A stretch of DNA of 64,000 nt from Octopus vulgaris (lineage: Eukaryota). Position numbers and translations under genes: made by a program. Below, piece after piece: positions 1 through 12,420 of the stretch (positions within the stretch are counted from its first letter, which is position 1; each line of letters begins with the position of its first letter). The notes beneath the pieces are model-generated. The model saw nothing but the letters and a program-made list of their open reading frames with translations. It ran no database searches and was not told the origin of the DNA. Where the stretch lies: positions 12,834,001 through 12,898,000 of the forward strand of contig OX597818.1 of NCBI GenBank assembly GCA_951406725.2. Reading direction: 5' to 3'.

Positions 1-504
1 TCTTGCCAGGTAGCAGTATTGTACATACCGAGCAACCTCCTTACTTTTACATTTATAGAGCTTCTCTCAGTAGTTGAAGCCAGTTTGAATTTTGGAAGGC
101 TTCAGATATCGGAATTTGATATAAAAGATTAATTGTTAAATAACAACACACTCGCACGTACACTCGCATACAGATGCGCAATCCAACCTCATGCGAATAT
201 ATTTATGTATCTATACATATTTATGTGTACGTATTGGCGTGTGTATGTATCTACTAATGCATTGCTTCCCATCACTAAACTTTGCATGCAATGTGTTGGG
301 TTTGACTACAGTGTTAAATAAATTAAATCCCTTGTTTCTACAAATTCGGATCACTGTTATTTCCTCTAAAATTAGTTTGTGACATTGATCTATTCAGCTT
401 GTTCCTTCAATATTTCCCAATGATTAATACCTGTCCATTATTTTCAGAAAGAGTTCGAAAGTCATTTCGAACTGATTTAGGTGTATTTACACCATTTGTC
501 TACA

Positions 505-925
505 ACGAGAAATATTCTCCGTGACTAAACAGAGGGAATGACTTCTTAACAAGTCCGAAAGTGCCACTGGTGCTTTCGAACTGGTAATAACATTGTATTT
601 ATACATATCAATGCTTTGCGCTTCTGCCTAGTAATTTATTTACGCTATTTGCGCTATTAGTCGACGTATGTTGACTGCAATAACATAAGAGAGATTGTCT
701 CTCTTATTAACTCGTAGCGCCACCATCCGGGTTCCGTGACTGGAGAGGAGATAACCTCTCTGAAATGCTTTCATGTTACAGTCTGAATAGGTTCGAGAAT
801 TTTCTCCGTGACCAAACACAGTGAATCTCTTATTTACAAGTATGTGCGTGCTAAAGGCATATTCGAACTTGTAATAACGCTACATGCATACTTATCCCTG
901 CTTAGCGCTCCCATCCAGTAATTTA
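505..925. repeat. Diverged direct duplication, about 130 bp units (about 505-640 and 795-925)
   Basis: Collinear blocks gagaa..ttctccgtgac.aaaca, ttcgaact.gtaataac and agtaatttat occur in both units about 290 bp apart. Confidence 0.6.
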
Positions 926-1203
926 TATTAGTTGTAATAAAAATCAAAAACGATTATTACAAGAGGCGAATATATATTCAAATTCAGCAATTGTGACGTT
1001 TTTCTGTCACCGAAGGTAGTGGGGCCATATCATCGTTCATTAGGAGACCTCACCTAAAAAAAATCCCAACTATGAGAAGTGACCTAACTCTTTATGTTTA
1101 CCCTAAGATCTAGGGCTTAAGGTCTCTCTGAAGGTCTATCCTGGCCATTATGACATTAATATCTCATAGGAGGCTTTGCTAAATTGTATATGATTAGTAG
1201 AAT

Positions 1204-1375
1204 CTTTTACTTGTTTCAGTCATTAGACTCAACTGTCCTCAGTAAACATATTATTACGCCTGCTACTTATTCTGTAGGTCTCTTTTGCCGAACCGTTTGG
1301 CTACAGGTACATAAACGCACCAAACCAGTTGTCAAATGGTAGTGAGGGACAAACACAAAGACACACACACACACA
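1204..1375 (-). mobile_element. tRNA-derived SINE family A, 3' half only
   Basis: cttttacttgtttcagtcatt...tcttttgccgaaccg...gttgtcaa...gggacaaacaca matches the complete copy at 56478-56925. Confidence 0.8.
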
Positions 1376-1394
1376 CTCATACATACATAAAGAC

Positions 1395-1427
<33 letters not shown>

Positions 1428-1649
1428 CATACATTCATTCATACATACATACCTTGGATCTAGGTTACAAACTGCTTCTTTCTCTAATGGCTAGAAACCG
1501 TGAAATAAACTGAATAATGACATACATACATAAACACACAGACACACACACACACACACAGAGTACAGTAATAATAATTTTATATTGTGGTATACATCTT
1601 GTAGCATGTTGTTAAAAGCCCGGTCACAATTTGTGGCTAACTGGTGGCA

Positions 1650-1900
1650 ACAAAATTATGGAGGTGTATGCACTTAATTTACTGCAGGAGTTTATATAAA
1701 ATACAAGTGAGAGAAAATGGGATTTACGATACACTTTATTCAAAAGCTTCGCAATCGTTTCCACCTATAATACACTCGTACCTTACCGGTGAAATGCTGT
1801 GCAATCAGTTGTTATGCTTCATAACTGTAGATGCGTGTCCAAAGTTTACTTTTTGTGCTTTCACTTGCCGTTTCGCTTACATCTATCACAATACATTTTG
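1650..1900 (-). mobile_element. Possible decayed Penelope-like GIY-YIG endonuclease fragment
   Basis: Minus-strand translation with frameshifts gives CDRC / VSETA ... GH ... IAQHF, resembling CxxC-YVGET...H...AxHF. Confidence 0.3.
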
Positions 1901-2159
1901 GTTTCTGTAGCCTACAATACGTCTACATAAGGAACTGTGACATAATGAAAGAAACCTTCTCATAAGAGCAATAGAATGAGATATAAAGGGATAAGGATTG
2001 AAGAATATAGAATAAAAGACATGGTTAAATAAGGATAAAATATACATGCGATCAGAATAGAAGAAAAAACCGAAAAAAAAAGAAACTGAATAATCCCATG
2101 TTTATATTGACCTTTACATTTCATCAAAACATACATTTACGTGTATTTGAACAAACACG

Positions 2160-2193
<34 letters not shown>

Positions 2194-2223
2194 CATACAT
2201 ATATAAACATAGATATACATGTG

Positions 2224-2257
<34 letters not shown>

Positions 2258-2339
2258 CCTACGAACCTATTCACCACCCTACCTACATATTTATCTATCT
2301 ATCTATCTATCTATATGAATATATATTTATATATATACA

Positions 2340-2358
2340 TATAATGATGATGATGATG

Positions 2359-2422
<64 letters not shown>

Positions 2423-2441
2423 TAATAATAATAATAATAAT
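2340..2441 (+). repeat. (ATG)n/(AAT)n microsatellite, left flank of the Dong/R4-like element
   Basis: Direct reading of the sequence. Confidence 0.97.
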
Positions 2442-4466
2442 ATAAAAGGCCTTCGAGAGTATACCGCATCCATGGATCTTGAGATCGCTGGACATCTTCA
2501 AAATTTCCCCTGTGATTTCAAACTTCCTGAAGCACGATATGTCGTTGTGAAATACGAATCTCCAATTATACCACTCTAATGGAGTACTTGCCTCAGAAAA
2601 TATAAACATCAACTGTGGAATTTTTCAAGGTGACTCACTTTCACCTTTAATATTCTGCATAGCCCTAATACCCCTTACAAGTGAATTAAACAGAACAGGG
2701 TATGGGTATAAAATTGCCAATAAAAAAATAAGCCATCTATTTTATATGGATGACTTAAAACTTTATGGTAAAGAAAATAATGAACTTGAAGGCCTATTGC
2801 GCACCGTGAAAGCATTCAGCGATGACATCGGGATGGAGTTTGGACTTGAGAAGTGTGCCAAGGCCACTTTCCAGAAAGGGAAAGTGAAGACCACAAATTC
2901 AGTCGTGTTAGATGTTGACACAGTCATAAGAGAGCTTGAGCAAGAACAAACATACAAATATTTAGGGATAAATGAAGGCTCTGGTATTCAGCATGCAAGC
3001 ATGAAAGAGAAAATCAGGAAGGAATGTTATAGGAGAGTTCGTGCAGTCCTGAAATCTGAACTAAATGCACGTAACAAGGTGTTAGCTATAAATTCCTTAG
3101 CAGTTCCAGTTGTTACTTATAGCTACAATGTGTTGAACTGGAATATGAGTGAAGTAAAGAATATAGATAGGAAAATACGCAAGCTGCTGAGTTTTAATAG
3201 GATGCACCACCCAAAGGCAGACGTAGATCGCCTTTACCTTCCCAGAGCCCAAGGAGGTCGAGGCCTGATCCAATTTGAACTAGCTTACAAAACAACCACA
3301 ATTGGACTGGCCAAATATCTCGAAATATCGAATGACTGGATGCTAAAGCTCGTGGAAAATCACGAGAGACGAAAGAAGCTTCATTCTATTATAAAGGAAA
3401 GCAAAAAATTTGCTATTGATCTCGTGCAGGATACCCAAACTGAACAACCCGAGGGAAGTACGGCAACTATTGTTGTAAAACAGGTGAAAATGATAGCAAC
3501 GAAAAAAGCGCACGAGCAATTGGCTGATAGGTGGGAGGAGAAACCTCTGCACGGCAAATATGTGACCCGCAGCAAACAAGCTGATGTTGACCAGAAGCAA
3601 ACCCATCAGTGGCTACGGAGTTCAGGGCTAAAAGCAGAGAGCGAAGGTTTCATCCTGGCTGCTCAAGATCAAAGCCTATTAACCCGGAACTACCAGGCCA
3701 ATATGATGAAAAATGGAGCAGACCCAAAATGCCGATTCTGCAACGACATGATTGAAACAGTGGACCACCTAATCTCTGGATGTAAAGTCTTAGCACCAGT
3801 GGAGTATAAATTAAGACATGACAGAGTTGGCCAATATCTACACTGGCTAATAAGTCGGCATTACAATATCAAAACTGCCGACAAGTGGTATAATCACCAC
3901 CCTGAGGCTGTAACTGAAGGAGAAAATGTAACGATTCTGTGGGACTTTCCAGTACATACAGACCGAACCATCAAGGTCAATAAACCAGATATTGTTGTGA
4001 AAGACCAAAACAATAAAGTTTGCTTATTGATCGACATGAGCATCCCCTGTGATCATAATCTCAGCGAAAGAGTTTGACAAGCTCAGAAAATATAAAGACC
4101 TACTCATTGAAATTGAGAAAATGTGGCATCTCAAGGCGGTTACAATACCAGTGATCGTAGGAGCACTAGGAATGATCAAGAAGGGAACCGAAAATTATAT
4201 GAGAATGATCCCTGGCTTACCATCCCTGCAAGAAGTGCAAAAGATTGTCTTAACTGGTACATCACACGTATTGAGAAGAGCATTGTCGATGTGAGAACTG
4301 TTGCTGCTCATGTATTTTAATTTAACTTAAAAAAAAAAAAAAAAAATTAACGAACTATTGAGTTTGGTTTAATGGCCTACCAATGTATACTATGAGTTTC
4401 TTTGCCCTAGGAGTCGGGAAGATACCCGGCAAGAAATGGAAGCAAATTTGAAAGAAGAAAAAAAAA

Positions 4467-4467
<1 letters not shown>
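2442..4467 (+). mobile_element. 5'-truncated R4/Dong-like non-LTR retrotransposon (RT, CCHC zinc knuckle, restriction-like endonuclease) inserted in (TAA)n
   Basis: RT motifs KAFESIPH, GIFQGDSLSPL, YMDD, YKYLG; CRFC..ETVDHLISGC knuckle; RLE motifs RHD, KPDIV, IDMSIP, KxxKY; about 170 bp 3' UTR then (TAA)n; no APE domain. Confidence 0.92.
2446..4294 (+). pseudogene. Disrupted RT-RLE ORF of the R4/Dong-like element
   Basis: In frame with ORF 2746..4077, with one TGA at 2548-2550 upstream; a frameshift near 4060 joins it to ORF 4049..4294 (KEFDKLRKYKDL...IPVIVGALG). Confidence 0.9.

Positions 4468-4536
<69 letters not shown>
4468..4536 (+). repeat. (TAA)n microsatellite, 3' tail or target of the Dong/R4-like element
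   Basis: Direct reading. Confidence 0.97.
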
Positions 4537-4537
<1 letters not shown>

Positions 4538-4538
<1 letters not shown>

Positions 4539-4815
4539 TGCACATTATTCTGTTGACTACATTTCTAATTCTACAATTAATGCCAGGGTTAATCTTACAT
4601 ACCACACTGTTCTCATTAGTGTATGTGCTATTTTCTAAGGGGTAGGTCCAACATAACTGTAATCTGATGGAGCTCCGTGGCTTCACAACGTCTATAATAT
4701 TCAGTTTGGTGTAACTTCACGGCCTTCTTAAATCTTTGCCTTAGTTCGCCATGGAACGTGGTTTCTACAAACATCACTCGTTGATATTTGTTAGCCCTGT
4801 ACCGTGTGTTCACTT
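4538..4815 (-). mobile_element. Penelope-like element fragment (RT-EN linker and start of GIY-YIG)
   Basis: VMFVETTFHGELRQRF, then after a frameshift VVKPRSSIRLQL...VCKINPGINCRIRNVVNRIMC, matching the Cys-rich NCRxRNVVYxIxC motif that precedes the PLE GIY-YIG domain. Confidence 0.65.
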
Positions 4816-4879
4816 CATAAAACTCTAAACATTGTTGTAGTGTTTATCTCTGTATCGAGCGCGGGTACCCTTAAGTATG

Positions 4880-4937
<58 letters not shown>

Positions 4938-5077
4938 TCTACCTTTCTCTTTATAAATGTTCTAGAAATTTCACTGTCTTGGCTTTGTTGTCTCATTTTC
5001 TTTCACACACACACACAACACACACGCACACATATACATTTATACATATGCGAATGAGTACATCGGACTGTTTATAT

Positions 5078-5117
<40 letters not shown>

Positions 5118-5384
5118 GTATGCATATATATGTACGCGTATGTATGTGTATATATATATATGTGTGTGATGTGTGGATAAGTTAATTTGTTTTGATAAAA
5201 CGTAAAGGTCAATATCAATGTCCGATTGTTTTGTGTTCTACTCTAATTGCTTGTATACTTTATAGTTTTGTTTAAAATTTTATCTTTACTCTGTACTACA
5301 TTTTATTTCATTTTACACTTTTGATTCTTTATTTCTTATTATTATCGTTTCTGAATAATGTGTTCTGTGAATTCTATTTCCCGT

Positions 5385-5390
5385 CTCTGA

Positions 5391-5427
<37 letters not shown>

Positions 5428-5455
5428 ATACACACACACACACACACACACACAT

Positions 5456-5514
<59 letters not shown>

Positions 5515-5568
5515 TGCGTGTATGTGTGTTTGTGTGTGAGAGAGAGAGAGAGGGAGTGAGAGAGAGAC
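5385..5568. repeat. Compound (CT)n(CA)n(TA)n(GT)n(GA)n microsatellite
   Basis: Direct reading. Confidence 0.95.
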
Positions 5569-5958
5569 AAGAATCTTTCAGTTTCTGTCTAGCAAATCCA
5601 CGCCCCGCTATCCGGATATAAATAAGATCATTGCTTTTCAAATGAACATACCTTTACATTACCAGATATATTCCTTCACTGCATCCAATCTTGAGTGTAT
5701 TGGCAGAGGCAGTTCTCTTAGTATAATGGAATATTATTTCTGGTAAACACTCATAAGAAAATGTTTCAAGTAGCAGTACAAAAAGAAAAAGAATACTATC
5801 TATATATATGGCATATTTGGGTGTCAAAATCAGACAATGTCTGACAATGTTGTATGTGAAAGTTACTATGACATATGGGACTGTCATAGTAATATTCATG
5901 TTCTTCAGACGTGTGTAGTCTACGCATCAAGAGGGCTTTCTAAAATATCATTTTTTCT

Positions 5959-6125
<167 letters not shown>

Positions 6126-8067
6126 GCATTGTGTCTCAATATCATTTAGTTTCTTAGCAGGCACGATCCATCCATGTATCAACTACTTATTGTATTTTTA
6201 ATTTACCTTAGATAACAAGTGTTTAATTTCAGCACTTAAACAATTAGTTGCTACAGACTACACTACTAAGTCCATTGCTAAGTGCTAAGGAGCCGCACGT
6301 TACATTGTTGCATTTAAATATGCAATATTCCATGCAAATGCTGCAGAGTTGAAACAGGTCACTAAATAATGTTCTTCTATTTTGTTTGCATGTACAACTA
6401 TAAATATGTGTGTTTGTTGTCTTATTCGTGACAAATATCGAAATATGAGAGCTATTTTGTGGTGGAAGAAGGAAAGCTTATTGAGTTATGCTTACAATCG
6501 GTTTAGGAATTTAAAAGACATTTATTTTTGACAAAAATATCTTTGCTTGGAGCAAACTTTGTTAACAGAATATCTCACCAAACTTCAACATATGTCAGTT
6601 TGTCTCCTCTCTGGCCACACTGATATTTGTGACAATAAAATATTTTGGAAAGAAACCAGGACACATATCTTCCATTATATAATGCAAAGGACAAAGACTA
6701 TATGGTTTGCTGCACCTCAAGCACTAAAGTCAACAGAGGTTTATTGCAGGAGTTACTGAAACTAGCACATCGACCACCAGAATACATTTCAAAGTATTAT
6801 TATGAGGTGAATGTTTGAGAGTGCTGTAAATTGTTTTGTTGGAGCACATTGGATTCTGTGACATAACATACATACTTCTTGATGGCGGTTCTTCAAACTC
6901 TTACTCATTATGTAAAAGTAGATTTTATGGCATATAACATAATGTGTATTAATAACTAGGTATAAAACTGTTGTGTGGACGCCCCCAGACGATGAAGTAG
7001 GCTAGCCCAATACGTAGATATAGAGGGAGAAATCTAGACGTCAAGGTAGACTAGGACAGAGTATCCGAACGTGTGACATAACAAAAACATGGGACGTTTC
7101 ATACATCTACGAATTTGTTAGCAATAAGATTATAAGTTGTAGCCTTCTGAAGGGTTCATATTCACACATTTTATGAAGTTGAACAGATTCACGGAAAATT
7201 AGCACCTATTTTAGTTGGCTGATAGTAGAAAATGCTTCTATGGCGCAGGGAGAGTAAAGAAAAGAGATCCGTATAAAGAATTCTTGACACATGTTATTTG
7301 TTTCATTTTGTAAACTTGATTTCATTTTGTAAACTAAAGGGAGTATATTTGGCAAACATATGTTTAAACGACTGCTCAGTCACTATACATATAACACAGT
7401 TGAGGTCTTCTGTGAAGGATGGTGTAAGTTTTATTTGTAACTTCTAGCATTTCATGGAATGACACATACTTGGCGATCAGAGATGTGTGTTCGAGAATAG
7501 TTTCGAAAAATACTGATCTCAAATAAATATTTACGAATAAAGTTCGAATATATTTTCCAACACATATGCGCTGAAATTATATGTAAAATGGGCGATAATA
7601 GAATTCCAATAAAATGCAGAATTTTTCTTCTCTTCTCATGGTTTTTGTGGTGAAAATTATTGAAATTATTTATAATAGTATGAACGATTTTTATGTTCCA
7701 TGGTTTTGGCCCGGGGCGATATTTTTATTCATTAGCATATAATTACGTTCGGCATTTAACATATTTCCTGTAAATGCATTTTGATTGATTACTAAATATC
7801 CGCACATATAGTAAAACAAGCGAAAGCATAACGATAAACTTGATCGTATGAAGAATGCGAATCTGTATTAAATTATGGTTGTCATTTATGGAAATAAATA
7901 AACAGATGAAAACTAAATGCAATACAGTTAATTTACTATGCAGACACAATAATAGAAAGCAAAACACACTAAAGAATTGTTTTGTCGGAGAAATAAAAAT
8001 GTACACGAGTACATCTTCAAATCTGAATTCGTATAAAAGTGCAAGACAAAACGGACTGCATATCTAC

Positions 8068-8117
8068 AAACACACACACACACACACACACATACACAAA
8101 CATATAAATATATGTAC

Positions 8118-8186
<69 letters not shown>

Positions 8187-8227
8187 ATATATATATATAT
8201 ATGTGTATATATATACATATTTATATA

Positions 8228-8284
<57 letters not shown>
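8068..8284. repeat. (CA)n/(TA)n microsatellite
   Basis: Direct reading. Confidence 0.95.
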
Positions 8285-8288
<4 letters not shown>

Positions 8289-8689
8289 ACGACGGCGGAT
8301 ATATACAATATAGAACGAGAAAAGAAAAATTCAGTTGTCACTAATTATGACTCACGGTGCAGGGTGGCACCCATATTGCTAGAAATAAGAGTTAAAACCG
8401 CTCAACCGGATGTAAGCACATGTCTATGCACTGATAGGGGAGGCAACGGCCTCACAGTGTGCGAGATCCCCATAGCAGCCTAGTTTCGCTTAAAGTGTGT
8501 GTATGTATATGTTTCTAAGTATATATGAGTGTATGTGGGTATGTATGTAGACAACGAGAGAGGGAGAGAGAAAGAGAGAGAGAGAGAGAGAAAGAGAGAT
8601 GGGAGAGAGAATGACAGAGAGGAGAGAAAGAAAGAAAAATATTTTACAGTGAACGCAACAGGTATACACTTGAACGTTATAGAGTAAAA

Positions 8690-9900
8690 TTCGGGGTCGG
8701 CTGTAAAGTTCCTTTCCTTATCCAGATATTCTCATGGAAAGGAGCCAAATGAGTTTTAGTTATCAACGCAATATTCCTTGTTGCACAATTCTTCCAGAGG
8801 CGTTGTAGTGCTTTGATCTCATCGGTGTAGAATCATTCATCGTGTTGGTCAAAAAAGCAGATACGGTGTCACCATCACTGCGACACTGGACCCCAGCCAC
8901 ATGTTTTTAGATGTTGAGGAACAGGTGATAACAAGAGGGGCCACAGTCGCACTGCACTCTTTGAAATTGGCTACTTCTTTGCTCCCTTTCATCGGTTTTC
9001 CAGGGCATTTGATCTTGATAGCTTTATGTAACTGCTTCAGAAAGTCGACATAATATACTCCATTGACGGCGAGGTCCTTTTGAAGATAGCCAAGAAACAC
9101 AATAGTTTGTCCTTCCGAAAACACTGAGACTAATACCTCTCCTGCAGATGAAACGAACTTGACCGCCTTCAGAGTAGGTAAGGTGATTTGTTTACACTGT
9201 ATGGAATGTCCTCTGTCTCTGGCTGAAAGTGACAATGCCAACACTCATCCTGGGTTAGAAAACGTTCAATGAAACCTACTGAATCTGCCTCAAATAATGT
9301 CAGAATTTTCTGTGATTTCATCAACTTGGTGTACTTTTGATCAGGTATCAAAGGCGTGGCATCCACCGAGCATATACCTTCATCATGCCAAGGTCATTGT
9401 GTAGAATATCAGTATGTCTCTCTAGGAGTATACTAATAGTATTGGCTATTTGATTTATAGTCCATCACGTGCCACCCATAACCATGTGTTGAACACAGTC
9501 AATGTATTCCTCGATAGTGGCAGTTGCAGGCCGTCCAGAGCTTGGGCCATCTTCAAGTCACCCTCTTCCTTTCCTGAATTCACCTGCCAAATTTTGAACT
9601 CTTGATAAATCTGGAGCGCCATCCAATTATGTAGCAACCATGTAGGCATGAATGCTATTCATGATTAAACCCTTTTTTCTGCAGGTAGTTGATAATCCAC
9701 GATGTCAAATCATGTCCATTTTAAAGAGAAGTCATTACTAGTTACTTTTCAAGTGTTCTTTTTCAACTGTCGGATGTCAGTTTACAGGAAAAAAAAATCA
9801 ATTACTAATAAGAAGTGTTGAAAATAATGCAATCAAGATTTCACAGCTGTAAGATTATTGCTCGGTAGTCAGTGTATGAGATCTCCATCCTTCCCTCGTA
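8690..9900 (-). mobile_element. Decayed mariner (DD34D) DNA transposon
   Basis: Fragments RFLTQDECWHCHFQPET (first catalytic D region), KFVSSAGEVLVSVF, VNGVYYVDFLKQL, PSCYHLF and an N-terminal YLQKK near 9690; right end ccctcgta as expected of a mariner TIR plus TA. Confidence 0.85.
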
Positions 9901-9904
9901 TCAC

Positions 9905-9922
9905 TTAATCTATTTGTCTGTA

Positions 9923-9999
<77 letters not shown>

Positions 10000-10015
10000 A
10001 TTTATATATCTATCT
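9905..10015. repeat. (CTAT)n microsatellite
   Basis: Direct reading. Confidence 0.95.
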
Positions 10016-10484
10016 ACAAGTAGGTGTATATATGTACAGAGGCAGACACACACACACACATACACACATACAAACACACACGCACTCATACACACAAACA
10101 CACACGCGCACGCGCACATGCAATCTTTATCGGTGTTGAAAATATCATATATTAAGACTTAGATGCAAATTTTACCTGATCAGGTTTAGCAGATTTCCAG
10201 ACATATTAACCATGTTTTATCATTTAGTAGAAAGTAGAGATGCCCATAACGTGCGAATGAGAATCATTTCGTAATGTAACATAAAACGTGCACATGCCAA
10301 AATATTTCGATGCCTAATTTACTGGTAATAACCAATGGCTTAATCTCCGCTTCTGCTACATCTTCGAATCAGCGAAATATCAGTTTGTAACTGATGGAGT
10401 GTGGAAAGGTTTTTAAAATTCATTTATCAAGCACTAAATAACATAGAGTAGACCGAGAAGCTTGAAATATAAATTGCCTTCTGA

Positions 10485-10570
10485 AGACGAGAACGGACTA
10501 TCCACTCCAGGAATTGAACTCACGAACTCGTGGTCATATGCAAACTACTTATCAATAGGTTGTGTACCTT
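10485..10570 (-). mobile_element. Degraded tRNA-derived SINE head
   Basis: ggaattgaactcacgaactcgtggtc is the reverse complement of a B-box-like gagttcaattcc. Confidence 0.4.
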
Positions 10571-11254
10571 CAAATTATGTGGAGTACTAGTTCTAAAATA
10601 TTTGCTTGTATTAAATTATCGAATTTGTATAAAATAAAACTATGTAAAAGAAAACTATATTATATATTTGGCAAAAACCGGTCAATAGAAATGCCTATGA
10701 AGCGCACGATACCTGATAGACATTAATAACATGTTTATGTATTTTTAGGGATATATTATAGAGAAACTTTTTTTAATCGAATCAATAACTTTGTGGCTAT
10801 TATTTTGTAAGTTATGTTGTTTACATTTTGGTTTAAATCTGTTACTGAAGTAACTGACATTATATTGCTACGTGTAATTGGTACTGTTGTATATATTTTA
10901 CGAAAACAAATTCCAGTAAAGTATAGAATTTTAAAAAAACTAATCTGTTATTTCTATGTGAAAATAAAATGTACTTAAGACTGCAATCTAATGAATTGTG
11001 TCTGTTAATATAACTTCAAATTTTCAAATCTTTTCCGGATTCTCGGAGAAATCCTGTTCGAAAATAGAGAGATTAAACTATGAAATATGGCAGTTTGTTT
11101 AGCATGTTTGCAAGAGTCTAAGAAACTATTCATTCATCAGTAAGGTGTCGAGCCTTGGTTTTCAAAATGGCCATATGAACGCAATAATTTAAATACAACC
11201 GTACAATAAAAGGTACATCAGCAGGTTTGTTCGCGGAATAAGTTACATAAATAT

Positions 11255-12271
11255 CAATATCTATAAATCTGAAATGCGAAAAGTTTGTTTGTCTTGTTTT
11301 GGCATTAGAACGGGTTAAAGGGCACTAGAGCCCTTCGGATTGACGCCAAAATTTACAGGGACATATAAAATGAGGGGAGGATGTGAGTGGACTATGTTAG
11401 AAAGTCCTATCTTAAAAAGTGTGGTTACTATGTTAAAAGTGCTAGCGAATTTGCCTGGCAACTATTTTATCCTCAAATGAAAGGCGTGACCTCTAAGACA
11501 AAATTCCTCATCTTATAAAATGTGGCCCGAGTAGACCCGAATGTAATCGGGTTATATTAACCAAAATGTGGAAAGGTCTAAATGGACTGGAAGGGGATTA
11601 AAATTTACAGGAGCGGGTGTTTAGGAATTCTCTGTTACATCAAACTAAAAAAATTTGCGCCAGCCTTTAAATCTTCATTGTGTTGCTGTCCATGATGAAG
11701 AAGTTTTGAATGCTTGCCTTGGTGAGTCTACTGTCATGAGGAAGAATCACTTCAAAACTTGGTGTTTAGGAATTTTCTTTTACATCAAGTTCAAAATTTC
11801 ACGCCAGCCGTTAAACTGCCACTACGCTGCTGTCCGTCGTTAAGAAATGCCAGACATGGTGACTCTACTATCCTCAGATTCTATCCCTTCAAACTTTGGT
11901 TTCTAATATGTTTTTATTTTTATTCAGCTCGCAAGTTCGTCTGTCCCTTTTAAATGTTAGTGTTTTGCTGTCTGACTTGAAGCAGACCTTTCTGTTCTCA
12001 CTGCTTGGTATTTATGATTGATCTTTCAAAATATTTCCTTTCTTAACTTACTCAAGATCTTTTGTTGTTTATAAATGGGAGAGAGGGTGATAGAGAGTAA
12101 GAGAAAGCGAGGAAGAGTCCGAGGGAAAGGAAGAGAAAGAGAGTGGGAAAGTGAGAGAGAAAGGAGAGAGAAACAAAGCGGAAGAATGTGGTGATAAAAA
12201 ACAGAAAGGCAGCAACAGAAGGTAACAACCACACTCTTACCCGTGCGTAGAGCGGGTCACCTTAAGCTAGT
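11255..12271 (+). mobile_element. Non-autonomous Helitron-like element with internal 145 bp tandem repeats
   Basis: 5' atctata start followed by gtttgtttgtc; 3' ACCCG..CGGGT hairpin (12239-12257), then CTAG at 12267-12270 followed by T; internal units start ggtgtttaggaatt at 11616 and 11761. Confidence 0.7.
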
Positions 12272-12363
12272 CATATTATAATTCTTCTTTTCACTCCGTT
12301 AGTTAGTGCGTACGTAATGCTCTGATGAGTAGTAATCACGAAACATTACTACTATATATATTG

Positions 12364-12420
12364 AGGTAGTGAGAAGGCAGGATTTTTAGCAAGCCAGACA
12401 AAATGCGTAGAGATATTTCA
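12364..12420 (+). mobile_element. SINE family B head fragment
   Basis: aggtagtgagaaggcaggatttttagcaagccagacaaaatgcgtag resembles the ggcggcgagctggcagaa..ttagcacgccgggcgaaat head of the other copies. Confidence 0.5.

Noticed and set aside
505-540. Minus-strand LFSHGE resembling the Helitron PIF1 FSHGQ motif
   Set aside because: Neighbouring helicase motifs (AMTINKSQG, LYVA) are absent
2221-2445. Poly-I, poly-N, poly-L and [12 protein letters not shown] ORFs here and throughout the ORF track
   Set aside because: Translations of di-, tri- and tetranucleotide repeats
7300-7336. Short tandem duplications here and near 25340, 46178 and 61430
   Set aside because: Ordinary slippage or repair products with no shared motif
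11616-11930. Repeats that might be read as a CRISPR array
   Set aside because: Whole units are homologous with no unique spacers; eukaryotic context; no cas genes
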